A stretch of 64,000 nt of DNA from Candidatus Aceula meridiana (GTDB lineage: Bacteria > Omnitrophota > Gorgyraeia > Zapsychrales > Aceulaceae), in the NCBI GenBank assembly GCA_030765185.1, contig JAVCDE010000024.1, positions 379,538-443,537 of the forward strand, read 5' to 3'. The position numbers were made by a program, and so were the translations under genes. Positions 10,222-20,912 of the stretch are shown here, piece after piece; position 1 is the first letter of the stretch; each line of letters begins with the position of its first letter. The notes below the pieces were generated by a model. That model was given only the letters and a program-made list of their open reading frames with translations. It searched no databases and had not been told where the DNA came from.

Positions 10222-11256
10222 TTACTTCTCACTTCTTTCTTGTAGCTCTTTGACTTTTCGTTCTAGCTCTTTAATAGTCTTCACATAAGTCGGAAGCCTT
10301 TGAATAATGGCATTAAGCCTAAGAGCGACCCCCTGCGGTTTTGCGGGATATCCGAAAACAACTGTATTCGGCGGAATAGACTTCGGAACACCGCTTTTGG
10401 CAGCGACGACAGAGTTTTCTCCAATTGTCAGGTGTCCTGCAATACCTACCTGGCCCGCCAAAATAACTCGATCTTCTAACGTTGTGCTTCCTGAGATGCC
10501 TGATTGCGAAATAATAAGACAGTGTTTACCGATAACAACATTGTGCGCAATTTGCACCAAATTATCAATCTTTGTCCCTTGACCAATAAATGTTTTATCA
10601 AAACGGGCGCGGTCAATTGTGACATTCGAGCCAATCTCGACATCGTCTTCTATAATAACTGTGCCAACTTGAGGAATTTTCTGATGGACTCCATCAACTT
10701 TGGCAAAACCAAAACCATCTGAGCCGATCACAGTTCCCGGATGAATAATAACACGATTCCCGATTGAAATTCGCTCGCGGATAACAACGTTAGGATAAAT
10801 TAAACACTCTGCGCCAATTTCTGTTTTTGCACCAACAAAGCACCCACTATAAATAACTGTGTTGTCCTTTATCTTTGCTTGTTTTTCAATAACAGTATGC
10901 GGGCCGACAACAACATTTTCACCAAGAACAACATCTTCGGCAATAATCGCAGTAGGATGAATTCCCTTAGGCTGATATGTTTGCGCCTCAAGAATCTCCG
11001 AAGCTAACCTTGCAAATGCCACAGAAGGATTCTCAACCTTAATAACGTTTTTCTTAGTTTCAGCAACATCTAAAGGAACAATAACGGCTGAGGCTTGAGT
11101 TTTTTCCAAAAGTGAAAAATATTTATTATTCGCTAAGAAAGTAATGTCTCCTTCCCGGGCTTCTTTAATCCCGGAGATGCCGGTAATCACAAGGTCTTTA
11201 TCCCCTCGCGCTTTTCCGTCGACAAGCTGAGCAATTTCCTGAAGTGTTTTTTGCAT
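10222..11256 (-). CDS. lpxD: UDP-3-O-acylglucosamine N-acyltransferase
   Basis: [25 protein letters not shown]. Confidence 0.96.
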   Translation of the reverse strand: MQKTLQEIAQLVDGKARGDKDLVITGISGIKEAREGDITFLANNKYFSLLEKTQASAVIVPLDVAETKKNVIKVENPSVAFARLASEILEAQTYQPKGIHPTAIIAEDVVLGENVVVGPHTVIEKQAKIKDNTVIYSGCFVGAKTEIGAECLIYPNVVIRERISIGNRVIIHPGTVIGSDGFGFAKVDGVHQKIPQVGTVIIEDDVEIGSNVTIDRARFDKTFIGQGTKIDNLVQIAHNVVIGKHCLIISQSGISGSTTLEDRVILAGQVGIAGHLTIGENSVVAAKSGVPKSIPPNTVVFGYPAKPQGVALRLNAIIQRLPTYVKTIKELERKVKELQERSEK

Positions 11257-11280
11257 AAATTTTAAATCTCTAAAGATTTC

Positions 11281-11781
11281 TTATTTCTTATTTAAAATCC
11301 CGACAATGATGTCGGTTAATTCTATGTTCTTGCTACCATAAATCAAAACACGGTCATTAAGGATAAGATCATATTTTTCTTTTTCTGCATAAGACTTAAC
11401 AACGCCTTCAATCTCTAGGAGAATTTCACGAATTTTTTCATCCCTCTCCTTGCGGAGGTCTGTTTGATTTTTTCGGTCAAAGCCTAAAAGAGCATCCTTA
11501 TTTTTTTGAATTTGGTCTTGAAGTTTTTGGCGTTCGCTTTCTTTAAGAAGAGTCAGTTTGCGCTCGGCCTCTTGAATCTTTTCAAGCTTGCTATTACGTT
11601 CCTTTTGATATTTAACGCTCTTTTCCTCGAGAACCTTATCAAAATCACCGGTTTTATTATACTCATCAAAAACACGGCTTAAATCGACATAGGCAATTTT
11701 TTGCGCAGTCTGTGCAAAACTTACAGGGCTTAAAACGAAAACAAAAGCTAAAACTATTAATAAAGCGATAAACTTTTTCAT
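11281..11781 (-). CDS. skp: OmpH/Skp periplasmic chaperone
   Basis: Signal peptide, KIAYVD, coiled coil, YDLIL; located between bamA and lpxD. Confidence 0.88.
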   Translation of the reverse strand: MKKFIALLIVLAFVFVLSPVSFAQTAQKIAYVDLSRVFDEYNKTGDFDKVLEEKSVKYQKERNSKLEKIQEAERKLTLLKESERQKLQDQIQKNKDALLGFDRKNQTDLRKERDEKIREILLEIEGVVKSYAEKEKYDLILNDRVLIYGSKNIELTDIIVGILNKK

Positions 11782-11829
11782 CTTTGAACCTCCTTACAAT
11801 TGTTAAATAGAATTCTGCGAATACTTAAA

Positions 11830-14295
11830 TTAAAACGAACGACTAATACTAAAATAAAATTTTCCAGACCTTTCATCTTCTCCGGGTTCATCGTTTAGAG
11901 GATATCCGTAGTCAAGATTAATCGGCCCTAACGGTGTTTTAACGCGAAGGCCTAATCCCATGCCGGATTTGTATCCGCCATTTCCAAGATCCTTCATCCG
12001 ACGCCAAACATTACCTGTGTCAAAGAAAGCTGCGACTTTTACAAAATCAAGAATCGGAACCGTATATTCAACGTTACCAACAAGCAGGGCCTCACCACCG
12101 ATCGGATCTTCGCTTCGTTCATCCAGAGGACCAACTTTTCTTTCGTTGTATCCGCGAATGGTATAGGCGCCCCCGGCAAAGAATCGTTCGTAAATAGGGA
12201 CTTCGTTTGTGTCCCCATAGGCATCCGCGATTCCTACACGCCCACGAAACTCTAAGACTGTCTTTCCAAAGACAGGAATGTGATAGCTTGCTTTGCCTTG
12301 CAGGCGATAAAAATCTTTATCCCCTCCTAAAAAGCCACCGGCTAGATCAGTAGTCCCGCTTAAAACTAAACCGCGTGTTGGACTAAAAACATTGTCGCGG
12401 CTATCATGAGTAAGATTAAAGCTTAACGTGCTAACAACATTCTTTCCTTGCTCGTCCTTTAAATCATCGCTTGCATCATCAACAACGTCTTTAATCGTAA
12501 TTTCTTCTAGACGATAAATCGTTGACCCTGATAAATATTCACCAAACTGCTTACCAAGGCGGAGGTCTCCTCCTAAACGTTTTTCGCTATAACCGTAACC
12601 AACGTCCTCATCCTGGTCAATGGCGTTTCGATAAATATCAAATCCTCCAGAGACAGGATAATCAAAAAGCCAGGGCTCGGTAAAACTCAGACGCGCATTG
12701 TTACGGACGGAACCGATCTCTGCCCTTAAGGATAAATTTTGTCCTCCACCGGTAAACGTCGGCCAGTTCGCAAAGTCGAAATTCTTTTGATTAACTTCAA
12801 CAAACCCAACGAGCTTGTCGACCGTGCTATAACCGCCGCCGAAGCTAAAGCTTCCGGTCTTTGCTTCTTTGACCTGGACAACTAAATCTTTTTTGTTAGG
12901 ATATTTCGTATCTTTAACATCATAATCAATTTCTTCAAAAAATCCTAGGTTAGTCAATCGTTCTTTACTGCGACGTAACTTTGCCCCATCAAAAACATCG
13001 CCGGGCAAGAGGCGCATTTCACGACGAATAACAATGTCACGCGTACGTGCATTGCCCTGAACATAAACTTTGCTAACATAGGCAATTTCACCTTCTTCAA
13101 TAGTTAAAAGAACATCAACTTTTCCTACTTCCGTGCCCTCAGATACTGATTCACCAACCACACAAAAAATATGCCCTTTATCAAAATACTTTTCTCGAAT
13201 AGCAGCTGTATCGGTTTCGAGATTCATCGGTGTAAAGATTCCGCTGACTTTAACATTCTCCATCATGCCTAAGATCTCTTCGTCAGAAAAAATCCTTTCA
13301 TTGCCGTTAATAATAATACTGCCGACATGATACTGTTTTCCTTCTTTAACGTCGATATGTAAAATCAGCCGTGCCTTAGGCGCTTGTTCGTACGAATAAG
13401 ACGTTGCCATATCCAAAAATCCTTTACTAGCATAAAATGCCTTAAGGCGATCCATATCCTCTTCAATAATATCTTCCTTAAGATAGCCAGATGTAAAAAG
13501 CGTATCATGACGTGTTTTGATAACATGCATCAAGCGCTTATACGAAAAAGTATCATTGCCGGAGAAAACAATCTTCTTGATCTTAACGCGCTGACCTTCA
13601 TCAATTTCAAAATGAACCTTTGCTTTACCTGTCTCTTCATCAATTTCCGAGCTCGATTTAACAATAGCGCTGGTTAACCCTTTCTTAGCGTAAAGCTCCT
13701 GAATAGTCTTGATGTCGTCTTTGAGAGAACGACCATCTAAAAATCTTCCTTCTTTGCTTTTAATTTTAAGCTTTAAAGTTCGATGACTATAAAAACGTGT
13801 CTTCGAAAATGTGACATCTTCGATAACAGCCTTCTCCTTAAGATGGATAACAACCTTGATCCCGCCTTCATGGTCTTCTTTTTCAACAGCAACATCAGAA
13901 AAATATCCAGTGTTATAAAGCCGTTTAATATCATCGCTGATAATATTAGCAATATAAGGGTCTCCGACGCGTGTTTTAATCTTGGCAAGAATTGTTGTAA
14001 TACCAATGGTCTTATTTCCTTCGATCTCAATGCCCTTGACAGTCTCTTTAAGATCTAGAGGAACTTCAGGAGTCTCAATTTTTGGCACCTCCTCTATAAT
14101 GTCTTCTGGCATCCTTAGGCTGCTCTCTGATTTCTCTGCTGCGGCCTGTTGTGCAGCCAAATCAGCACTGGCCTGGCTCTGAACATCAGCAAGCATATCC
14201 TTATCGGCTGTTGCTGATCCATATTGGGCCCAAACATTTGAATTGACGATTAGAACAAAAATACTAATCCAAAGAATGAGGTTTACTTTCTTCAT
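11830..14295 (-). CDS. bamA: Outer membrane protein assembly factor BamA
   Basis: POTRA repeats, FTEPWLFD, IRGY motif, TPLGPINLDYG, C-terminal Phe. Confidence 0.95.
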   Translation of the reverse strand: MKKVNLILWISIFVLIVNSNVWAQYGSATADKDMLADVQSQASADLAAQQAAAEKSESSLRMPEDIIEEVPKIETPEVPLDLKETVKGIEIEGNKTIGITTILAKIKTRVGDPYIANIISDDIKRLYNTGYFSDVAVEKEDHEGGIKVVIHLKEKAVIEDVTFSKTRFYSHRTLKLKIKSKEGRFLDGRSLKDDIKTIQELYAKKGLTSAIVKSSSEIDEETGKAKVHFEIDEGQRVKIKKIVFSGNDTFSYKRLMHVIKTRHDTLFTSGYLKEDIIEEDMDRLKAFYASKGFLDMATSYSYEQAPKARLILHIDVKEGKQYHVGSIIINGNERIFSDEEILGMMENVKVSGIFTPMNLETDTAAIREKYFDKGHIFCVVGESVSEGTEVGKVDVLLTIEEGEIAYVSKVYVQGNARTRDIVIRREMRLLPGDVFDGAKLRRSKERLTNLGFFEEIDYDVKDTKYPNKKDLVVQVKEAKTGSFSFGGGYSTVDKLVGFVEVNQKNFDFANWPTFTGGGQNLSLRAEIGSVRNNARLSFTEPWLFDYPVSGGFDIYRNAIDQDEDVGYGYSEKRLGGDLRLGKQFGEYLSGSTIYRLEEITIKDVVDDASDDLKDEQGKNVVSTLSFNLTHDSRDNVFSPTRGLVLSGTTDLAGGFLGGDKDFYRLQGKASYHIPVFGKTVLEFRGRVGIADAYGDTNEVPIYERFFAGGAYTIRGYNERKVGPLDERSEDPIGGEALLVGNVEYTVPILDFVKVAAFFDTGNVWRRMKDLGNGGYKSGMGLGLRVKTPLGPINLDYGYPLNDEPGEDERSGKFYFSISRSF

Positions 14296-14310
14296 GAGGC
14301 TCTTCCTTTC

Positions 14311-15690
14311 TTATTCAGAGACGCGTGCAAGGTTTTCAAATTTCATATATTCTTTTAAGAATGTAACTTTAACCGTTCCGGTTGGGCCATTTCGCTGCTT
14401 AGCCACAATAAGTTCGGCAATTCCTTTATTTTCCTCTGTCGGAGAATAATATTCTTCGCGCATTAAAAGGATGACAAGATCTGCGTCCTGTTCGATAGCG
14501 CCAGATTCACGTAAATCCGAAAGCTGCGGACGGTGATCTTGGCGACTTTCAACTGCGCGTGAAAGCTGACTAATACCAATGATGGGAACATTAAGTTCAC
14601 GTGCAAGTGCTTTTAAAGAACGTGAAATATCGGAAATTTCCTGCTGACGGCTTTCCACACGAGAACCGCCTCGCATCAGCTGGATATAGTCAACGATGAG
14701 GAGCTTAATGTCATGACGTGATTTTAAACGACGAGCTTTCGCGCGTAATTCCAAAACAGATATTGCGGGAGTATCGTCAATGAAAATCGGGGTTGTGGAC
14801 AGCTTCCCGGCTGCAGCAGTTAATTTTGGCCAATCTGATGGAAGAAGAAATCCAGTCCTTACTTTTTGAGCATCCACGCGGGCGTGCGAACACAACATAC
14901 GCTGAACAAGCTGTTCTTTAGACATTTCGATACTAAAAAGCGCAACCCCGATTTTATTCTCAACAGCCGCATGTTCAGCCACAGACATAGCCCAAGAGCT
15001 CTTCCCCATAGACGGCCGGCCGGCAACAATAATCAAGTCTGCTTTTTGCAAACCTGATGTCATTTTATCAAATTCAACAAATCCCGTTGGAATTCCGGTA
15101 ACATATTCTTTACGCTGGTAAAGATTGTCGATGGTTTCAATCGTGCCCTTGATGAGGTCTTTGATATGGGTGGCTTTTTGGCGTTCGCGGGCTGTTGCAA
15201 TTTCAAAAATAAGCTGCTCAGCGCCATCAACGAGTTGGTCTACATCTACGCCCGGCTGATAGCTTTCCGTTAAAATCTGAGAAGCGTTTCGAATCAGCTG
15301 TCTTTGAACACTTTTTTCTTTAACAATCTTTGCATAATATTCAATATTAGCAGCCGATGGCACCAAATCAATCAAGGCCGTAAGATAGCTAACTCCTCCG
15401 ATTTCCTCTAAAATCCCTTTAGATTTTAAATCATCAGAAAGAGTAATAAGATCAACGTTCTTTTGATCATTATAAAGATCTAGAATGGCTAAAAAGATTT
15501 TTTGATGGGTGAAGCTATAAAATGCTTCTTCGTCCAAAACCTCAAGAGCTAGCCCAATGGCCTCTTGATCAATAAGCATTGACCCTAAGACAGACTTTTC
15601 TGCATCCTCATTATGCGGAGCAACTCTTCCCTCCATGGAGGCGGTTACTTTTTTCGCACCAAAGACAGTTTTTACTTTTTGGTTATCCAT
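14311..15690 (-). CDS. dnaB: Replicative DNA helicase
   Basis: AGRPSMGKS, VDYIQLM, SQLSRAVE, DLRESGAIEQDAD, KQRNGPTG. Confidence 0.98.
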   Translation of the reverse strand: MDNQKVKTVFGAKKVTASMEGRVAPHNEDAEKSVLGSMLIDQEAIGLALEVLDEEAFYSFTHQKIFLAILDLYNDQKNVDLITLSDDLKSKGILEEIGGVSYLTALIDLVPSAANIEYYAKIVKEKSVQRQLIRNASQILTESYQPGVDVDQLVDGAEQLIFEIATARERQKATHIKDLIKGTIETIDNLYQRKEYVTGIPTGFVEFDKMTSGLQKADLIIVAGRPSMGKSSWAMSVAEHAAVENKIGVALFSIEMSKEQLVQRMLCSHARVDAQKVRTGFLLPSDWPKLTAAAGKLSTTPIFIDDTPAISVLELRAKARRLKSRHDIKLLIVDYIQLMRGGSRVESRQQEISDISRSLKALARELNVPIIGISQLSRAVESRQDHRPQLSDLRESGAIEQDADLVILLMREEYYSPTEENKGIAELIVAKQRNGPTGTVKVTFLKEYMKFENLARVSE

Positions 15691-16115
15691 ACTCTTATTT
15701 TGGCGATGACTTCAGGATGAACTTTGATGCCAACTTCAAAGATTCCTAATTCCTCGATAGGTTCTTCAAAAATAATATCTTTCTTGTCAACCTCGTGCCC
15801 CTCTTCTTTAAGGGCAGCAGCAACTTCGGCCTCGGTTATAGCACCGTAAAGCTTATCGATATCATTGACTTCAGCGTTAACTGTTACCGAAACTCCGGCA
15901 AACTTATCGGCAATCGCCTGAGCCTTATTCCTAACTTCTTTAGCAACAGCTTCTCGCTTAGCCTTTTCATGTTCAATTTTCTTTAAATTTTGTTCTGTTG
16001 CCAAATAAGCTTTCTTTTGTGGCATAAGAAAATTGCGGGCAAATCCGTCTTTCACTTTAACAACATCCCCAGTTTTTCCTAAATTATCTACATCTTGTGA
16101 TAATATAACTTTCAT
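15672..16115 (-). CDS. rplI: 50S ribosomal protein L9
   Basis: MKVIL..DV.NLGK.GDVV.VKDGFARNFL.P. Confidence 0.97.
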   Translation of the reverse strand: MKVILSQDVDNLGKTGDVVKVKDGFARNFLMPQKKAYLATEQNLKKIEHEKAKREAVAKEVRNKAQAIADKFAGVSVTVNAEVNDIDKLYGAITEAEVAAALKEEGHEVDKKDIIFEEPIEELGIFEVGIKVHPEVIAKIRVWITKK

Positions 16116-16119
16116 CTTT

Positions 16120-16368
16120 TTAAAACCTCTTGGTTGAGCCAACAGGTACCAGGCCTAAAAACTTGGCACGCTTGACAGCTTTTGTTAGATCTCTTTGTTG
16201 TTTGTTAGTCGCGCCGGTAAAACGTCGTGACATAATTTTTCCATTTGGCGTAACAGCTCTTATCATAAGATCCAAATTCTTATAATCAATTTTGGCATTC
16301 TTAAGCAGCGTTGACCGTGCCCTGGGTGTCATTCTACGCCTTGGTTTTCGTTTTATAATTTTTTTCAT
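16120..16368 (-). CDS. rpsR: 30S ribosomal protein S18
   Basis: IDYKN, GKI.SRR.TG, QR.L.KAVKRA; rpsF-ssb-rpsR-rplI order. Confidence 0.93.
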   Translation of the reverse strand: MKKIIKRKPRRRMTPRARSTLLKNAKIDYKNLDLMIRAVTPNGKIMSRRFTGATNKQQRDLTKAVKRAKFLGLVPVGSTKRF

Positions 16369-16389
16369 TTTGTTTTCCTTAAAATAATG

Positions 16390-16854
16390 TTAAACAGCGT
16401 TTTCTTCTTCATCCCATGAAATATTCTCAGTTTTTATCGCACCATCGTCTTCTGCAGAAACTTCTGCATGTACTTCTGTATGGCCTTCATCTCCGTCTTC
16501 TGAGGAAGCTTTTGCTCCACGCATCGGGCCTAAAAACTGAACACGTTCAGCCCTAATTTCAATCGTGCTTCTTTTTTGTCCGTCATTGGCTTCCCAAGAA
16601 CGTGACTGCAAAGTACCCTCAACAAAAACAGGGCTTCCCTTTGCTAAATATTGATTGCATGCTTCAGCTTGTTTATCCCAAGCTGTCGTTGTCACAAAAC
16701 ATGTTTCTTCTTTAAGTTCTCCGCTTGAACGATCGCGAAACTTTCGATTAACGGCAACGCGCAAATTCACAACACCAACTCCATTAGGCGTATAACGCAG
16801 CTCTGGATCTTTTGTTAAGTTTCCAATCAAAAAAACTTTATTTAAACTCGCCAT
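16390..16854 (-). CDS. ssb: Single-stranded DNA-binding protein
   Basis: LNKVFLIGNLTKDPELRYT, KGSPVFVEG.LQ, acidic tail. Confidence 0.96.
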   Translation of the reverse strand: MASLNKVFLIGNLTKDPELRYTPNGVGVVNLRVAVNRKFRDRSSGELKEETCFVTTTAWDKQAEACNQYLAKGSPVFVEGTLQSRSWEANDGQKRSTIEIRAERVQFLGPMRGAKASSEDGDEGHTEVHAEVSAEDDGAIKTENISWDEEENAV

Positions 16855-16903
16855 AAAAAACCTCCCTTATCCTCTTTCGTAAAATAATTTAACCCTGATA
16901 GTC

Positions 16904-17188
16904 TTAGACTTTGGTAATCGCAAAACGAAGTATGTCTTCATTTAATTTTAAAATAGGCCTAATTTTGGCAACGGCATCAGCTGGGCTTTCAAAATTAATC
17001 AAATAGTAAGTCCCTTCCGTGCGATGCTTCATCTTAAAAGCTAGTTTTTGTTTTTCAATCCAGACTTGACTATTAATAACCTTGCCACCTCCCTTAGCAA
17101 CAGCCTCCGTTGCATTCTTAACAATGCCATCTTTTTCGTCTTGATTAATTTTAGCGTCAACAATAACGACTAATTCATACTTACTCAT
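16904..17188 (-). CDS. rpsF: 30S ribosomal protein S6
   Basis: YELVVI, KLAF, G.YYL..F, EDILRF; operon context. Confidence 0.92.
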   Translation of the reverse strand: MSKYELVVIVDAKINQDEKDGIVKNATEAVAKGGGKVINSQVWIEKQKLAFKMKHRTEGTYYLINFESPADAVAKIRPILKLNEDILRFAITKV

Positions 17189-17778
17189 TTTTCTTCCTTT
17201 TTGTTCTTTGTGTTAAATAAACTCATTGCTTGATTTAGCTTAACTGTCAAAAAAGCTATGCAGCAATCTGCACCCTTTTCGATAATTCCTTCCAGCTGCT
17301 TTAATTCACTGCGACTGAAAGATGATAAAACAAAATCTGAAAATTGAGCTTTCCTTTTTGGCTCGCCAATCCCCATGCGTAACCGAGCAAATTCTTTGGT
17401 CCCTAAATGCCTGACCAAAGAAACAAGGCCGTTGTGACCACCATCAGAGCCTTTAGGCTTTAACCGAAGTTGCCCAAAATCAAGATGAAAGTCATCGCAG
17501 ACAACTAAAATATTCTCAAAAGAAATCTGTTTCTGTGAAACAATATTCTTAACCGCAACACCGGAATTATTCATATATGTTGACGGTTTTAAAATCAAAA
17601 CTTTTTTGTCCGCAATAGTTCCTTGACCTAAAAACCCTTGATATTTTGAACTACGAACAAACTTTATGCTATGCTCTCGTGCAACTTGATCAACAACACA
17701 AAACCCAAAATTATGCCGCGTCAGCTGATATTCTTTTCCTGGATTGCCTAAACCAACGATAAGAAAGCTTTTTGACAA
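17185..17778 (-). CDS. pth: Peptidyl-tRNA hydrolase (probable TTG start at 17778)
   Basis: LIVGLGNPG..Y..TRHN.GF, KP.TYMN.SG, GGHNGL. Confidence 0.95.
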   Translation of the reverse strand: MSKSFLIVGLGNPGKEYQLTRHNFGFCVVDQVAREHSIKFVRSSKYQGFLGQGTIADKKVLILKPSTYMNNSGVAVKNIVSQKQISFENILVVCDDFHLDFGQLRLKPKGSDGGHNGLVSLVRHLGTKEFARLRMGIGEPKRKAQFSDFVLSSFSRSELKQLEGIIEKGADCCIAFLTVKLNQAMSLFNTKNKKEEK

Positions 17779-17782
17779 ACGA

Positions 17783-18475
17783 TTACCCTTCTTTTTTTTC
17801 TTTTGCCGCAGGGGCATCGCCAAGAGCTGCTTCTTTAGGTTTCTCCTTAGTGACTTCCGGTTCCTCAGAGGCATCACCCTCTTCTGCCGATGCTTCTTCC
17901 TCTTCTTTCATAGGAGGCACCACAGAAATTATAATATCCTCAGGGTCATGGTCAGTTGTAACACCTTCCGGCAGCACGATGTCTTTAACATACACGGCAT
18001 CACCAATTTTTAATTCTGTAACATCAGCCTCGAGATTCTTAGGAATTTTCATTGGCAAGCATGTAATATTTAACTCCCAGAGATGATGATCTAGTGATCC
18101 ACCATCTTTAACGCCAATAGCATCACCACGCGCAACAACAGGAACATTGACCTCAATTTCTTCATCCAAAGAGATACGAATAAAATCAATATGCGTGATT
18201 TGATCAGAAACCGGGTGATATTGTGTTTCTTTAATAAGCGTTGCATAGTCACGCAGCTTTTTTTCGCCGTCCATCACGTTAAGATGCAACACAATGCTCT
18301 CCCCGTGATGAGCGCGTTCGATACGCTCAAAAGACCTTCGGTCAACCTTAATTGAAGTTGGCTCCTTTTCGCCGCCATAAACAATCGCCGGAATTCTGTC
18401 TTCCTTGCGAACTGCCCTTGAGCCTTCCTTGCCAACTTTTTCTCTTATTTGAACATTCAGTTGTATTTCTTCCAT
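17783..18475 (-). CDS. rplY: 50S ribosomal protein L25/Ctc
   Basis: IPAIVYG, Q.HPV....HIDF, long Ctc C-terminal domain with acidic tail. Confidence 0.95.
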   Translation of the reverse strand: MEEIQLNVQIREKVGKEGSRAVRKEDRIPAIVYGGEKEPTSIKVDRRSFERIERAHHGESIVLHLNVMDGEKKLRDYATLIKETQYHPVSDQITHIDFIRISLDEEIEVNVPVVARGDAIGVKDGGSLDHHLWELNITCLPMKIPKNLEADVTELKIGDAVYVKDIVLPEGVTTDHDPEDIIISVVPPMKEEEEASAEEGDASEEPEVTKEKPKEAALGDAPAAKEKKEG

Positions 18476-18511
18476 TTTTCAATAACCTACCTTCTTTTTT
18501 ATTTTACTTTT

Positions 18512-19462
18512 TTATACTTTATCGCCATCGAATAAACAGCTAATCGACTCTTCGTTATGAATACGCTTAATCGCTTCCGCTAAAAGAGGAGCAACGCTTA
18601 AGACTTGAATTTTTGGACTTTTTTCAGGATTTTCCAGGGGAATGCTGTTAGTAATAATAACTTCATTTAAGGCCTTACAACTTTGAATGCGCTCAAGGGC
18701 ATTGCCTGATAAAACACCGTGGCTTACAGCTGCATAAACTTCGGTCACGCCGCGCTTTTTCAATTCTTCAACAGCCTCAATCATCGAGCCACCGGTCGCG
18801 ATAATATCGTCAACCAAGATAGCTTTCTTTCCTTCAACCTCACCTAAGATATGCATAACTTCTGTTTTCTCTGGGCTATCGCGTCTTTTGTCAACGATGG
18901 CCAATCCTGCCCCTAATTTTTTAGCATAGGCACGAGCCATCTTAATGCCGCCAACGTCAGGCGAAACCACAACAGCGTCTTTCATTTTTTTACTTAAGAA
19001 ATAATCGCACAGCGTATTAATTCCATAAAGATGATCTACAGGAATATCAAAAAATCCCTGGATCTGATTTGCGTGTAAATCCATAGTCAAAACACGATTG
19101 GCTCCAGCACCAGTGATTAGGTTGGCAACTAGCTTTGCTGTAATCGGAACACGCGGTTGATCTTTTCTATCTTGACGGGCATAACCATAATAAGGCAAAA
19201 CAGCCGTAATTCTTCTCGCCGATGCACGGCGGACCGCATCAATTAAGACAAGAAGCTCCATAAAATTATCATTAGTAGGCTTACACGTTGGCTGAACGAT
19301 AAAAACATCTTTACCCCGAACATTTTCTTCAACCTGAACACGGATTTCTCCTTCGCTAAATTGTCCCACCAAAGCCTTCGAAACAAAAATTCCTAAATGC
19401 TGACAAATCTCTTTGGCTAAAACAGGATTAGCATTCCCCGTGATAATGGCTAGCTCGTTCAT
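18512..19462 (-). CDS. prs: Ribose-phosphate pyrophosphokinase
   Basis: PYYGYARQDRK, DLHA.QIQGFF, VSPDVGG, VDDIIATGGS. Confidence 0.98.
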   Translation of the reverse strand: MNELAIITGNANPVLAKEICQHLGIFVSKALVGQFSEGEIRVQVEENVRGKDVFIVQPTCKPTNDNFMELLVLIDAVRRASARRITAVLPYYGYARQDRKDQPRVPITAKLVANLITGAGANRVLTMDLHANQIQGFFDIPVDHLYGINTLCDYFLSKKMKDAVVVSPDVGGIKMARAYAKKLGAGLAIVDKRRDSPEKTEVMHILGEVEGKKAILVDDIIATGGSMIEAVEELKKRGVTEVYAAVSHGVLSGNALERIQSCKALNEVIITNSIPLENPEKSPKIQVLSVAPLLAEAIKRIHNEESISCLFDGDKV

Positions 19463-20718
19463 GTCTTTTTCCCTTTCGTTTTTATCTTACCCGGAACTCC
19501 GACAATAAGCTTCCCTGACGGAACCCTTTTACCTCTTGTGACAACACACCCGGCGCCTGTTTTTGCTTTTTTACCAATGGTCGCAGGAGCAATTAAAATT
19601 GTATCTGACCCGACAAAAGCCTCGTCTCCAATGTGTGTAATATTTTTATTTTTCCCATCGTAATTAGCAGTCACTGTCCCGGCGCCAATATTTACTTTTT
19701 TCCCAACGCGGGCATCACCTAAAAATCCAAAATGTTTCATAAGGCTTTTCTGACCAATATGCGTGCGAGAAACTTCAGCAAAATTTCCTATCTGTACGCC
19801 GTCTTTGAGACGAGTCCCAGGACGAATATGACAAAATGGCCCAATCGTACATCCTTTTCCGATCACGACATCTTTTTCAATAACAACACAAGGTTGAATA
19901 GTCGTATCACGGCCAATCTTCACTTTGCTATCAATATAAGCAGTTTTTGGATCAACAATTGTAACGCCTTGGCGCATTAATTTCTTTAAAATGTTTTCTC
20001 TCAAAATTGCTCCTGCCTGAGCTAATTGTTCACGACTATTGATGCCTAATCCTTCAAATGCATTTTCTGTTGTTACGGCCTCAACTTTTTTGCCAACCTT
20101 TGCTAAAAGCTCAACGATATCTGTTAAATAATATTCGCGCTTTACAGGGTTAACTTTAATTTTATTAACAAAAGAAAATAGCTCTTTGGACTTAAAAACA
20201 TAAACACCAACATTGATTTCGCAAATCTTCTTTTCACTTACGCTTGCATCTTTTTCTTCGCGAATAGCAATCGGGCTTCCCAGTGCGCTGCGGACAATAC
20301 GCCCATATCCTAACGGATTGTTTATCTTTGCTGTTAAAACTGTGCAAGCAGCTTTTGTTTTGCGATGTTTGCGCACAATCTTTTGTAATGTCTCTTTTGC
20401 CAAAAGTGGCGTGTCTCCACAGACAATTAAAACATCACCAGCATATTTATAAAAAAATTTCTGGGCACTTTTAATAGCATCAGCTGTACCCAAAAGCCTT
20501 TTTTGATAAACACACACGGCCTTTGAGCCAAGATGCTCAGCTACTTTATCAGCCTTGTGCCCTAAGACTACAAAGGCTTTTGCCTTGATAGCTATAACAG
20601 CGTCTAAAACATAATCAATGAGCGATTTTCCGCATACCTCGTGCAAAACCTTAGGCACATCTGACTTCATGCGTGTGCCTTTTCCTGCTGCTAAAATAAT
20701 CGCTTTAAGCTCTGCCAT
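19459..20718 (-). CDS. glmU: Bifunctional UDP-GlcNAc pyrophosphorylase/acetyltransferase
   Basis: LAAGKGTRMKS..PKVLH, GYGRIVR, EYYLTD, NIGAGTVTANYDG. Confidence 0.93.
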   Translation of the reverse strand: MAELKAIILAAGKGTRMKSDVPKVLHEVCGKSLIDYVLDAVIAIKAKAFVVLGHKADKVAEHLGSKAVCVYQKRLLGTADAIKSAQKFFYKYAGDVLIVCGDTPLLAKETLQKIVRKHRKTKAACTVLTAKINNPLGYGRIVRSALGSPIAIREEKDASVSEKKICEINVGVYVFKSKELFSFVNKIKVNPVKREYYLTDIVELLAKVGKKVEAVTTENAFEGLGINSREQLAQAGAILRENILKKLMRQGVTIVDPKTAYIDSKVKIGRDTTIQPCVVIEKDVVIGKGCTIGPFCHIRPGTRLKDGVQIGNFAEVSRTHIGQKSLMKHFGFLGDARVGKKVNIGAGTVTANYDGKNKNITHIGDEAFVGSDTILIAPATIGKKAKTGAGCVVTRGKRVPSGKLIVGVPGKIKTKGKKT

Positions 20719-20745
20719 ATATAAAAATTGCTACCTAAAATTAAA

Positions 20746-20816
20746 CTGCCCAGCCAGGATTCGAACCTGGAAAACAAGATCCAAATTCTTGCGTGTTGCC
20801 ATTACACCACCGGGCA
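20746..20816 (-). tRNA. tRNA-Gln(TTG), CCA not encoded
   Basis: TGCCCGGTGGTGTAATGGCAACACGCAAGAATTTGGATCTTGTTTTCCAGGTTCGAATCCTGGCTGGGCAG; anticodon stem CAAGA/TCTTG, T-loop GTTCGAATC. Confidence 0.95.
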
Positions 20817-20912
20817 ATAGTTATAAAATTATCAAAGATGTTTCGCTTTAAACCTCGCGGAGACGGAACACCGCCAATGCAATAAATTACTATTATTAAA
20901 TTCTTTATAAAA